Shown: positions 10,071-22,600 of the stretch, piece after piece
How the letters are laid out: each line of letters starts with the position of its first letter
How positions within the stretch are numbered: position 1 is the first letter of the stretch
Source: Catajapyx aquilonaris
Taxonomy: Eukaryota
Direction: 5' to 3'
Length of the DNA: 34,876 nt
NCBI GenBank assembly: GCA_000934665.2
Contig: KZ539088.1
Coordinates: forward strand, 1 to 34,876
Notes under the pieces: model-generated
Databases searched by the model: none
Told to the model about the DNA's origin: nothing
What the model saw: the letters and a program-made list of their open reading frames with translations, nothing else
Position numbers and translations under genes: made by a program

Positions 10071-12927
10071 AATCAAAGCGTGCCAAACCTTCCCAAGCAA
10101 ATAAGGCTCATTATAGTCATCCAGCCTGTACTGTATGTAGTACTGTGTCTCTAAAACAATTTCGGAATTTTCCGGGGGCACTTCAAAGTGCATAGCAGGC
10201 AACGCCCCGTATATCTGCCCGCCCCTCCGGATTTGTATCCGGGCCTGAATCTCTGACGTCACTGTCGACGTCATTCCCTTCTCCGGGCTACCCTTCTTAC
10301 GTAATAACAGCAGGTCCCAAAGATCCGGGGGTCCGGAGTTTTTTTTTGGGGGGGGGGGGGNNNNNNNNNNNNNNNNNNNNNNNNNNNNNNNNNNNNNNNN
10401 NNNNNNNNNNNNNNNNNNNNNNNNNNNNNNNNNNNNNNNNNNNNNGGGGGGGGGGTGTACATATTGACAAATTTAACATGCTAATTTACAAGCCATATTT
10501 GCACAAACCCTATTAAATTATTCAATAGCTCCATAAATCGAATTAGCGGGCATGCCCCAGACAGTATATAGTAACAGAGCAGCAGTAAACAGATTACAGT
10601 ACTTGAGACGAGTTGCTGGAGCAAACAATATCTGCGGATTGAGCCTACGACACTTCAATCGCCTCTACCACCGCAAACCGCAGGTCTAGAAAAAAGGGAG
10701 GGGGTTTTNGGCAGCGCCTCTGGTGGATAGCAGTTTATATCCTGTTGTAGCATTTCCCTCTCCAGGATTGTGATGGATGGCCCCCCCCAGAAAATGCCCC
10801 AGTGGAGTCTATAGTAGATGGGGAGGGGATGACACTGACGTCAACGTCCGCCGTCGATCCATCTTTTTCGGTCGGCAGAACACGACACGTATATAACCAA
10901 AGTATATAGCAAAAAGATGTCGGGAGGGCTATACATAGACACCTTGTGGTATTCTAACCTTTCCAACTTTAATCTCTCCCCACTAGAGAGATGCGGGGGC
11001 GTCGTTTGTTGTAGTTGGGGAGAGGGCTATTTTCAGTGGAAGCGTCGGAATGATTCGTCAAATTTCAACACCCCCCCCCTCCCCCCTCTTCCATACAATC
11101 CGCCCACGCAAAACGACCAGAGCAAAAGTGGGTCGACATTAAAGTGAACCCTTTTTCTTAGCCGAGGTCATGATGCTTTTGAAGTAATGCAACTCTTATG
11201 AGCTCTCAGGCAAACATTTCAAATTTATTTACACAGTCTCTTGCGGAAAAAAGGTTGCATTACTGTATATCAAATAAACCGAGGGTGCTTATATATTCTT
11301 GTTATTCATTGTGCGGTCTTTTGTGTTGCCAACAATAGCAGCAGAGGGCCATCACAAGGTGTTTCATAATGACTCTCGCAAACCTATAAGGGGGCGAACA
11401 TAATGGTCACATTTTTTCATCAGTTTATGGTAATCTAAAATTAACATTTTATGATTTGTTCAAGATCCATATTTTATTTGGTCATCATAAGATTTGTTTA
11501 TGAAATAATGGTCATCAGTGTGAGATAAAAGGGGCTGATCATGTTTTTTTAAACCCTAATTATCCCGCCTGTTATGAGGGCAAATTTCTGATGATGTAAT
11601 TGTTTGTTGCAATTGTTATGAAACATACTACAGTATGTACAGTGTGCAACGACTTCAAAGTTAGTTTTCCAGAATATGTGGCCCGGAAAAATCGATGGCC
11701 ACAGCTTTTCCTGGCATGTGTATATAGCTTGAGGGCTAACAAAAAATTGTATGCAAGATGCCAACAGGTACCGAGTTTATTCCGCGACTAGTACAACAAA
11801 CAATATACTTCTGGTTGAACTAAATTTAAAAAAAAAATCCATCTGGCTACTAGCTACAATTTCTCTGATTGTTCAACGTATAAAAATAGCGATATTGGCC
11901 AATTTCTACGAAAAGTGAACCTCTAATTACGTCACTTTAAAAAAAAACAACAATTGTTTCGTTGCCAATTACTCAACAGGTGGGCACAAAATTGACCAGA
12001 GGGATTGGATCCTCAATTAATTTAGCAAAGTGGTTATTAGGCTTTGGAATTTTCGGGTTGCTGGAGTGAACAATCCGATTTTTGTCTCCGCGAGGACTTT
12101 GCACTGGCCACACATTATTCAGAATGCAAACATTGTTGCTGTAGCCTGCTGGAAACACACCTTTTTTCCAGCAGGAAGCAGCTCCGGTACGCGCAATGAA
12201 AGGTCAAAGGTCAGACCATCAGGTACAAGAGAGCTTGTGCCCCGCCCCTTTTGAAGCAGATCGATTGCAAAGTCAAAAAGATATGATGAGAGACAGGGAA
12301 TAAAGGATTAGAGAGAGAGGCCGACATCAGCGCTAACTAATCATGCCTCGCCGGAAAAAAGCAATGCGAAAATGTCACCTAGAAGTAAAGATTTCGCATG
12401 AAATTATGTTTAAAAAATAATTCCGCTACACGTTCAATAATTACAATAATTCACACCCACATGACGCGTTCAATAAATAATGCGCACTGTATAAGTACTG
12501 ATCGGTCATGAATAGCTATAAGTACACGCCTAAGTACAGTCAATAACATCGCAAAATTTAATGAGGTCACTTTTCATACTCATTATCCGCCCATACTGAG
12601 CACTTGTACTGTACAGTGCTTATGTAACTGGAAGGCACCTTGCAATTGCTTAATACAATTGCTGTAAATGTGCGTAGGAAGGTCGTGACCTTTGCTGGAT
12701 TTAGTTTGGCGTATGAAAGCCAACTAGTGCCCCAATATTCGCGAAATGATGAACAGCAATTTAATCGCCACCACGTAGTACTTTTCTTCACGAATAGATG
12801 GCCCATCTCTGCTAGCTAGCACACCCCTGCCACCGTGCGAGAGATAGCGGTACTCTCAGGTTGGACAAACATCAGTTTCAAGTACGAGCGACCTGTGATG
12901 ACCTAAATTATGCCCCATTAGACTGAC

Positions 12928-13139
12928 CTCTTGTGGAGGTCATCCAGGTTGATCCAGGTGGGCTCCAGCAGCGATGGCCTCCTGTGCCAATCCCTGAAGT
13001 CCCACATGCCCACCGACTGACCACTGTCCATCAGGTCATCTCCGGTCAGCATCGTGGATGACCCCGAGACCTTAGGCTCCTCCTGGGGGTCACTGGGCCA
13101 CCTGAACCGAATGGCCCCGGGTCGAAGGAACTGATCCAT
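12928..13139 (-). CDS. Orphan first-coding-exon candidate of an unidentified minus-strand gene
   Basis: ATG in ACCATGG context, 70 open codons (MDQFLRPGAIRFRWPSDPQEEPK...RRPSLLEPTWINLDDLHKR), donor AG|gtcagt, coding-like codon composition. Confidence 0.45.
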
Positions 13140-13813
13140 GGTAGTCGCAACGCGGATTGTCCCATCCAGCAACCTGCTTCCGAAATGAACGTCTGGCACG
13201 CGACTCAAAAGTGTGTATGGTTGTGTGTGTAGCAGAAGTTGGGGGGGTGTAGAGCCCCCCTCTTTTGTGCACCCGACCCTGACTCCCCTCAAGGCAACAG
13301 CTGCCGTTTACTTGGGAGAAAAATGAGCCACGTGCCTGCTGTCAGTACTGCATGCATTGCACCAGTACAGGCCACATTGAACCAGACCATTGCCTGCAAC
13401 TGACACGATTGCGCGCATTTGACTTACAAGTGCTTATGTGTATGTAGTGGTTGAAGTAAAAATGGCAGGTGCTGACCCTCCTACTCTATAGGTTGTGGAC
13501 CAGATGAGCCAGGCTTCCCCCCCTTCTTCTAATGACCACCTGGCCTTCGTTGTTCGGCTCGAGCCATACCCTCAAAGTCCTACTGACCACCTTGCCATCC
13601 ACCCTTGACCCCCTCCCACATGTCCATCAATATACAGCAGCAGGCCTCCCCAAAATTGCTGCCAATTACTCCGCTTTTACTTCGAATAGACCGCCTTTTA
13701 CTTGCGGAGAACACGTTGCTGAAACATGGCAACACTGCCCGGCTCTCTCCGCGCTTGGACCTATAGTACGATCTGCCACTACTAGATGGCGCTCATCTTC
13801 ACTCTCTGCATAC

Positions 13814-14150
13814 TACTGCCACTCCACGAGAAAAGTGAGAACTACATGCACGTTGGTGATGAGTCAACGCGTGTGTGGACACTACTGCCACTCCACGAGA
13901 AAAGCGAGAACTACATGCACGTTGGTGATGGGTCAACGCGAGTTTGGACAGTACTGCCACTCCATGGGTAAATTGAGAACTACATGTACGTTGGTGATGA
14001 GTCAACGCGAGTTTGGGCAGTACTGCCACTCCACGAGAAAAGTGAGAACTACATGCACGTTGGTGATGAGTCAACGCGTGTGTGGACACTACTGCCCTTC
14101 TACGGGGAAAGTGGCAACTACCTGCACGTTGGTGATGAGTCAACGTTTGT
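13814..14150. repeat. 69-bp tandem array (5 copies), part of a dispersed element
   Basis: Units TACTGCCACTCCACGAGAAAAGTGAGAACTACATGCACGTTGGTGATGAGTCAACGCG... at 13814, 13883, 13952, 14021 and 14090. A reverse-complement homolog including the flank lies at ~3080-3325. Confidence 0.9.
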
Positions 14151-15205
14151 ATAGGGACTACCCTTAATTACAATGATGAAGATGATTATTATTATTGAAA
14201 TCTGAATGTTAATATAGATTAAACCCACCTCCCACGTGCTTGATACGTATAGCGCGGAATGTCCTTGACACAAATTCTTCAGCCTAGACTGTGTTTATAG
14301 TGGTTTTTATTTGGTCTGCAAAAAAAAGGTATTCGCGGAGAGATAACCTACATCGGTTTATGTCTCGCCCCCCNNNNNNNNNNNNNNNNNNNNNNNNNNN
14401 NNNNNNNNNNNNNNNNNNNNNNNNNNNNNNNNNNNNNNNNNNNNNNNNNNNNNNNNNNNTTTTTTTTTTTTTTGTCAATGTAGGTCAAGGGTCTCATAAC
14501 AAAGATGCCCTTTCTCCATATAGGTTATTAGTATAGAGCATATTACGAATCGTTCACCCTAGCAACCGGTATTTTAAATTAAGCTTTAATATTTGTTTTT
14601 AAAAAAAATCACCGGTTCTGAAACAATGTCTCATCAGGACGACAACTTGAGGAAAAAATCGCTGGTAGTTGCGAAAAAAATTTGCATTAAATAATTATTA
14701 TTTTTTTAAAAAAATATTACTAATATTTTTCTTCGGTTTGATCTGAACTGCAATTATTGGATCTAAGTGCAAATATATTATAAGTGCGTTTATTCCAACA
14801 GGTGTGAAGCTTGCACACCTGCCAAAGCACCTTTTGGCCATCGACAACACGTACGCTGCTGTAACCGCAAACGGAATATAAAAAAAACTTGGGGGAGGGA
14901 AATAAATGTTCCTAGTCCAAGAAGGACATAAGTGTGTGGATGGATATTGGTCTCCCAGCTGCCTTTTAGGAGGGGGGGACTGAATAATAAGAAAAAGGTC
15001 TGCTGCTGTCGCCCCAAGCAAACATCTGCTGTCTGCAGAGAGGAGGGGGGACTTATTCTGATGGGTTCCAGGTGTGTCAAGACTGGCGCAGAACCGAACC
15101 GGGTCTGAAACAGGTCCACTATATTGCAGGGGCAAAAATTCCACCAATGGCATTTGACAAAATAATATCTATACAAAATGTAGGCTGATCTTTACTACGC
15201 GGCGA

Positions 15206-15553
15206 CAGGGAGCATATATACTACATAATAAGAGGCGCAAACATTCGATTTCTGCGTCTCTCTGTTTGGGGCCGTTGCCAAGGCTGGCGGCCATCTTGAA
15301 GTGTGGGGAACGCCAACGAGGTATAAATAGGGTACAGGCAAAAATAGGGTCCGCCATCTTTGATTCGCGCGCGTTCTTGCTGTGTAGCCGCCAAAACCAT
15401 CAAAGATGGCGGACCCTGTTTTTGCCTGTACCCTATTTATACCTCGTTGGCGTTGCCCACACTTCAAAATGGCGGCTAGCCTTGGCAACGCCCCAAACAG
15501 AGAGACGCAGAAATCGAATGTTTGCGCCTCTTTTATGTAGTATATGCTCCCTG
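15206..15553. mobile_element. Palindromic MITE (family A), 7-bp TSD, possibly P-superfamily-derived
   Basis: Ends CAGGGAGCATATA...TATATGCTCCCTG. Inverted arms of ~155 bp surround a ~35-bp spacer. Flanked by the exact direct repeat GCGGCGA (15199-15205, 15554-15560). Confidence 0.9.
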
Positions 15554-16497
15554 GCGGCGAAGAGGCGCTGTGGCCCCGCCAGGCACGGTTCGTCCATTAG
15601 CATTATAATATCATTTAATTTCGGAGCTGCGCGCTTATATTGTGGGTTATCTAACAGCAAATATACTTATACAAATATAGCACATTTTGTGGCGTCGCAC
15701 GACACCGAACGTTATTGTGGCTCAGCCATTCGGACAAAATTTTTCTGCTCATTAGCTTCTAATTATCAGCAATGGGCGGTACCCTATCCCTTTTTTAAAA
15801 ATATTTATTAAACCGAGGGAAGGAGAAAACATGCTGGCGGTGGTGACCAGGTGGTGGCTTCATCGGGCAGGTGACCTCTATACATCACCCGATTAGGAGT
15901 GTATGTTATGCAGCACCTTGTCCCTTGGAAGCCAGAAAAAAATTGTTAGAAAAAAAAAAATTTGGTGCATTAATGATGCCAACTGGTGCCAAAATTATTG
16001 CAACCTGCTGTGCCATTTTTTCCAAGAATTGAACTTGGGGGAAGACATTTTTGGCACAACAGTCGGCACACGGAAAAGGTAAGGACACTTGGGGGGTAAG
16101 CTGACCATTGACAAGTGTCCTTACCTTTTCCGTGCCGACTGTACATTTTAGAGGAACACTAATCAAAAAAAAAAACGAGTGAGTGTGACACATTTTTATG
16201 ACATTGCCAGTACAAATACAATGCTTCGTAATTGAAAAATAGTGTCACGCTGGAATGCCATCTTTCGGGTTGGGATAAATAAAACTGGTTTAAAATAAAA
16301 ATAAACACGTGTAATAACTCATCATGTACAAAGATGGGGAAGGAGAAAAAAAAATCACAACTAAAATTGACTAGAATGATACAAAAATCGGAAAGTAAAT
16401 TTTTTTCAAAAACGAAATTAATGTAGTAATATTGTAAAGTAAAGAGGGTCATAAAAACATCAATAACAACAACAGCAACAACAAACGACAAACAGGA

Positions 16498-18813
16498 TCA
16501 CTGATTTTGTAGGGTAAAATGAGGAAGGTCGGCCAGCAGGGCCGTGTAGTTGTAAAGCCACACCGGGCCTTGGATCGGGTCGGCCGAGGGGTTCATCTCG
16601 TCCCTCCAGAGGCCTCGGGGAAGGTAGATATCTCGCGAGGTTCTCCCCTGGTCCAATACTGGTGCCACTAGCAACTCATCACCAACCATAAATTCTATCA
16701 AGAAAAATTAACGCCGCATAATCATCTGCACCGTCGTCGTTAACCGGACAACTAACCTGTGTCCATAGTGAGGGCGACCCTGTCTGTCGGGTCGACCCAC
16801 CAAAGCGGCCTGTTGATGGGAGCCCCACTCTTTACAGATTCCTGCGCTGCTTCATACAACACCCCGTAGTACTTGTCCCTGAGCTGGGTCATCTTGAGCG
16901 CAATGTCAACCACCTCCCGGTCAAAATCCCAGGGAACGATTGAGAACTGGATGGTGGGCATGAAAGTGTTGGCCTCCATCCAGCGAACGTACAACTCCTT
17001 ATCTGGCGGGCCCTCCGAGTAGGAGTTGCCTCCGACCATATCTGGAAGGACAAATGGGTAGCCGAGAAGGCCGAAGACCAGGACGGTAGGAATAACGGAA
17101 CGGAGTCCAAGCTCAGCTCCCCAGTCCGAGTTGCGGTCCAGAATGCGGACCATCACGCCCAGATGCTGCGTCCGGTGTCCAGATCGTACTTCGGTTATCC
17201 CGCCAAACAAGGCAGCCAGTTCAGCATACCTGAAACGAACCAATTAGCGCCACGGATGTTACGTCCAGTAAGAAATCATACCTTGTGGTGTACACATTCG
17301 GCTGCAAGTTTTCCGGTCCGGACAACGAGGCGCAATAGGGCAGCCAGTTTGTCTCCCCGGCGTCAAACTTGAACCCGTCGATTCCATAGTTTCTCCGGAG
17401 CTTGTCGAGCCGCTCGTGCCACCACAGGGCGGCTTCCAGGTCAGTCACATCTATGATCCCAGATGGGCCTCCGTTCCACCACTGGGTGAACGCCAAGTGT
17501 CCGTTTGGATCGGGAACGAGGTAGCCCCTGTCCATTCCTTGATCAAAAGGTGCGGCACAGTCGAAGTTTATAAAGGGGTGCACCCACAGGGTTACCCGGA
17601 AGTCCAGAGAATGCAGCTGCTTCACAAGCTGCTTCGGGTCGCCAAACGCCGGATCAAAATCCATCTCTCCGTAGCACGGCTCCCACTTGTCATCAATCTC
17701 TAGCTGAAATTGAAGCCATTCAGTGTATGTCGCAATATTTTGTTGCGGACACAGCGTACCTGACTACTATTGAATCCATGATCAGTGATTTCTCCCGCAA
17801 AGTGCAGCACGATTGAATCATTGATCTTCGTCTTGTACCTCGCCCAAGTGGACCAAATCGGGTACCTCAGGGCGTGTTGGTCCATCATGGTGCTTGGTTT
17901 GCCCAAAAACAACGGAAGGGCATGCATGTGGGCACTCTTAATGTTGCCCAAAGCACACAGCTTGTACTTTAAGGGCAGAGGAAGGCCAGGCTGCCTGCGG
18001 GTCATAGAGAAGTTGCTTTAATACCCCCCGGTTCGGGTTCGCAATCCGCAATGGACTTACTCCCTGAATGGATGCACCCTGGCTGAAGTAAGGCACATTT
18101 GTGGGCCCCCGTCATCACTGTCCTCCCTGGCACTGTCTCCTTGGCTGACGAACAAAGGCACACTGTCCTCCACGTACAACACGACACCCGCCGAGCTCAC
18201 CCAGTACCTCTCGGCCACCCCGTAATAGTAGAAGCCTGTTACGAACGCAGCCTCGTAGCTCGCATTCCTGCTGAGCGGCCAGCTCTGCTTGTCCGTCTCT
18301 CCTCCTCCGAACCAGTAGTCCGACCCAAGCCTAAAGCAGTCCTGCAGGCTCTGCATATTGGTCTGCCACTGAATCGCATAGCAGCTGTCCCCATCCTGGC
18401 GGACCTCCAGGGACGCCATGGTGGACCACTGCAAGCACACGCTGCTGTCGTCCCCAATGATATCCTCCGGGTTGTGCGACGACGGGTGGGGCCCTCCGGG
18501 GCACGGCTGCGGACCAGGAAGACCCGGAGGCAGGTGCATCCCCAGGACCCCGCTCAGCACCTGCGCATCGCCACCTGTACGAATCCGATATGTAGAGCCG
18601 CATAATCTGAATAGCACGAGCACTAACCTGACGGATAGTCTAATGTGAGTTCCACATGCGTTCCGATGATGGTGAGGGTGAGGCCGCCGAGGAAGTACGC
18701 CTGGATGGTGTCCCCTCCGCTGGTCACCATGTGGTGCTGCCCACCCATCCCCTCGTTGGCCGCCTCATGTATCTCCTCCAGCCACCACAGTGCGAAGAAC
18801 AGTATGGATATGG
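16498..18813 (-). CDS. MYORG: GH31 family glycosidase, MYORG (KIAA1161)/Drosophila tobi-like; 5' end not resolved
   Basis: Manually spliced exons 18813-18628, 18574-18061, 17994-17760, 17703-17282, 17229-16757 and 16694-16498, with GT-AG introns of 53/66/56/52/62 bp, give about 675 codons in one frame. Motifs: PIWSTWARYK, LEIDDKW, VTLWVHPF, GFKFDAGE (nucleophile Asp), GYPFVLPDMVGGN (acid/base Asp), PINRPLWW, VGDELLVAPV. An N-terminal hydrophobic stretch (ISILFFALWW) fits a type II membrane anchor. The first coding exon lies upstream of 18813 and is uncertain. Confidence 0.88.
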
Positions 18814-19693
18814 CTGCGGACAAAAACCAACAATTAAATAACCTCGGGAGTACCTCGCAACGACCCGTACTAACAGCAGCGCATCTTCCAAGTGTGCCAC
18901 TATCAGCCGCACCTTATCTCACCTTCAATCGACCCCCATTATCACCTCTGAGTGTCTCATTTTTTTTATTTATTATTTTTTTAAAAAAAAGAAGGGGCCA
19001 CGAGCCCAGCACGTGTTGAACTTTTTACTCACTGATCCATCCGATGAACCTGTTCCGATCGTTTGCAATCAGCGGCATCTTCCTTCTTGTGCAGCTGTGG
19101 GCTTGTACCCAACACTATAGATGGAACGAAAGGCTATCTCCTCGCGGTCCGGTTGTTGGATCATGCGAAATGTGCAGCCGAGAGGACATGTTGGTCGCCC
19201 TCTTCACCTCACTTCTTCAGAGGTGCAAAAGCCGCCATCATCGTATCCCACCATCGACTACCCCACCAACTACCAGGCACTTTCCATCACTAATTACATT
19301 CAATTATAATTAAGCTAATTAGACGTAATTACTAGTGCGATAATAATCGTGTTTAACTAATTAAACAACGCGCAATTAACTGCAACTTGCTGCATCTGGC
19401 CACCGTGAAACGCGCCGAATTTGAAATGTGTGGGACGCTGCACCTGGCAACTCTGAAACGCGCCATATTCGAACATTGCGCACTCTTGACATAAAAATGA
19501 AACAAACTTCAATTGTAAAAATAATAATATTTAAATAAAGTCCGGTGGCAATAAATCCGCACCGTAGGTACACATAAACTGAGAAACAAAAGGTACGCAT
19601 GTGACGACGCTATGTGGCGGGTCCATCTCGCTTGCAATTAGTCCAACGAATGCCGCACACAAATCGTGTCGTCCGCCGCTCCACGCCTGGGCA

Positions 19694-22600
19694 TCACTCC
19701 ACGAGGCCCGCCTCGGACATGAGATCCCTGATCTGGTGGTCGATGGAGGAGACGGTGTCGTCGTGCGGGAGGTACATCCCGGTGGCCATCAGCCGGTCCT
19801 TCTCCTCCACCAGCTCCAGGATCCTCTGGTGCAGCGGGTTCTCCTCCGACTCGTCCTCCCTGTCCGCCCTCAGCTGCTCGATGGCCGCCTGGATCCCCTT
19901 CAGGACCTCCCGCCCTGCGGCCAGCTCCCCCAGCCCCTTCCTGGCCGCGGCCTCCATGGCCTCCTCCTCCTCCCGCCCCTCAAAGACATTCAGCCGCTCC
20001 TCCTGGACCGTCTGCGCCTGCCTCAGCAGCTTCCGCAGGCCGGCCTCCCTCTCCCGGGCACGCGCCTGCTCCGTCTCCAGCCGCTCCGACAGGCTGCGGT
20101 TTTCCCTGTGCAGAGACTCCACCTGCTGCTGCAGCTTCGCAATCGGCAGCTGGAGAACCTGCGCCTCCTTCTCGCGGCACCGCTCCCGGAGGGACCTCAC
20201 CTCAACCTGAAGGATGTGCATCTCCTCCTTCAGGGCGGCGTACCGGGCACGTTCCATGGACAGCTGCAAACGAAATGTTAGGTACACAGAGAGTGAACAT
20301 CACGCACACCGACCTCATGCTCATAGTTGTCGACCAGCCTCCTCGAAGCCTCCTTCGCAGTCTGCAGCTTCCAGCTGGCGTCCCTCCTCGTCTCCTCAAT
20401 CTCCTTCTTCAGCTAGCCAAATAAAACCGCATGTAAGCAACATGAGAAGCCGCATTTGAAAGTGCGACTGACCTCGATCGCAGTCATGGACATCTGCGTC
20501 CCCTGCTGCTCTACGGAGTCCAACTTGATCTGGAACTCCTTCTCCCGCTTCATCATGTCGGACATCTTCAGTTGGTACGCAGCCTCCCTCTCCGCCTCCC
20601 TCTTGCACCACTCGTCCGAGATGAGTTTCAGCTGCTGCTTCTTCTCCTCCTCCAGCTTCCGCTCGAAGACCACCTGCCGCTTCTCCTTCCACATCTCCAG
20701 CTCTTTAACCGTCTTGTTCATCAGCTCCTGGGCTTCCATCATGCCTGCGTCTGCAAAATAAAGAGGGGCAGTCACAACACAAGGCGGCAATGTCCGCAAA
20801 TAACGCACAGACCTTTGGAATCGCCCGCTGCGTTGGCATCGAAATTAAAGACGCCCATGTCCTTCACGGTGATCCGCATGGACAGTTCGCCTATGCAATC
20901 TCCCGGCTGGTCCCCTCCGACCATCATCAGCGGGACAGTCAAGTCGCAAGTCCTCTCATCCCCACTCTGAGGCGCATCGAACACTCGACCCAACGCTGCG
21001 GTGGCCGTCGCAATAACCCGGTCTTCCCCGTCAACCATGTCCACTTTGAGCGGCTTCCTCCTCATGATGGTGTCAAGCTGGGCCTCGGTCAGGGCGACGC
21101 AGAACTCCTGCCCGCCTTGAGGGATGTCGACGTGCTTGCCAGGCGAGCCGCCTCGAAGAACCGCTGGAAGTTGGACAACCTCAGGTCCATCAAGCCCCAG
21201 CGACGCATACGTGTACCTGCAATGCATCGAAAGATCATAAAATCGCCCATGTGACGCAAAAGATGCGCGCACCAACCTGAAGGAAACTTGAACCGGTTTC
21301 TCATGAAAGTACAGGACGCTGAGCAGGTTGAACACCACCATGTACTGCTTCAGCTGTACCGTCGGATTGAGCTCTCCCACGTCTTTGGTAACCTCCATTT
21401 CAAGCGCATCCGTTGAGTCCATCCGAGGCGCATCCCCATGCCCGCCTGGATCACGCTGGACGAAATGCGGCTCTTGGGTTGCGGTCATAATGTTCCTCTG
21501 CCTCTTTGCAGTGGGGACGCGCTTCATAACTTCCGGGCAGTCAGGCCCTACCCGTCTGATGTTAAGCGCCAGTGCAACAGCCGCATTGCCGTATCTGCCT
21601 CGGATGATGCAGTTGCCCGAGATGATCACAGGGAACGACCCCCACTTGGAATCCACGGGTGCCACCGAGAAGAGCGCATGCCCAAGTTCCACTTCCGGCT
21701 CCCACTCTCCAACCACAGTCAGAACAATTTCCTTCTGCCTCACGAGGTACTCTCGGATGCGACCCTCTGTGCTTCGGACTCTCGCCGTGATATGTTCCGC
21801 CTCAAATCCGACGTCAGTAACGTCTTGTACGGAATCCGACTCCACCGGAGCGCTAAGAAAGTCCACGATGAAGTGGTAACCCTCGGGAAGAAAAGCGCCT
21901 GGAGGAAACAGCTGGAAGGAAAGCCGTCAAAAGCGATCCACACGTTAAGGTCAAACGCGGTGCTTACCTCTGGAATGTCCTTGACCTTCTTTATGACCAG
22001 ACTGAACCAAAAGTGCTCCATGTCAGGGTGGTCCGGACCGATCTGGAAGTACCCTCGGTCGTCATGCAACACTGGGGTCAAATCGTCGTCCGTGAACACC
22101 TCCTTGGGCGCTTCCACCTGCTCTTCCACCTCCAATGCCTCGTCCTCATCCTTCTCTTCCGCTATTCTGTCCGGCTCATCTTCCATTGAATCATCCTTCA
22201 CTGGCACCATGGCAGGAGTAATTTCTCTACATCGTGCTACCGCCCTGTGATGGTCCTCCAGGTAAACCGCGAAGGAGACTTCAGGCCTCTCAAGTGTAAA
22301 CGGCGCCGGACGTACCCCCAGCAGTTTCCTCCACTCCGCCCGCCTCTCTCGTCCGATGGCGACAGACCTCAAGCTGATAATCACATACCCAAGTTCCTTC
22401 AGCGACTGTCCGTTCACTATCTGATAGCACATCAGCTTAATCGGCGTGTTCTGAAGCCGGTGGCTGGAAACAGATCAAATTAATGTATACAATTTAGCAA
22501 TAATTGCGGCGAGGCTTACCCATGCCACGCTTTCTTGTCAATGACCCAACCCAGCTCATGGTTGAACACCGGCCGAGTCGTCGCTCCAACCTTATCCGTC

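Noticed and set aside
10361..10445. N-runs beside poly-G/C tracts (also 14374-14459, 27790-28000 and short ones)
   Set aside because: These are assembly gaps at homopolymers, and ORFs spanning them are artefacts.
13532..14167. 211-aa Cys/His-repeat ORF resembling a zinc finger
   Set aside because: It is a by-product of the 69-bp (3n) tandem repeat and has no proper C2H2 spacing.
19601..22250. Long plus-strand ORFs antisense to CEP120
   Set aside because: They are shadow ORFs of GC-rich coding exons.
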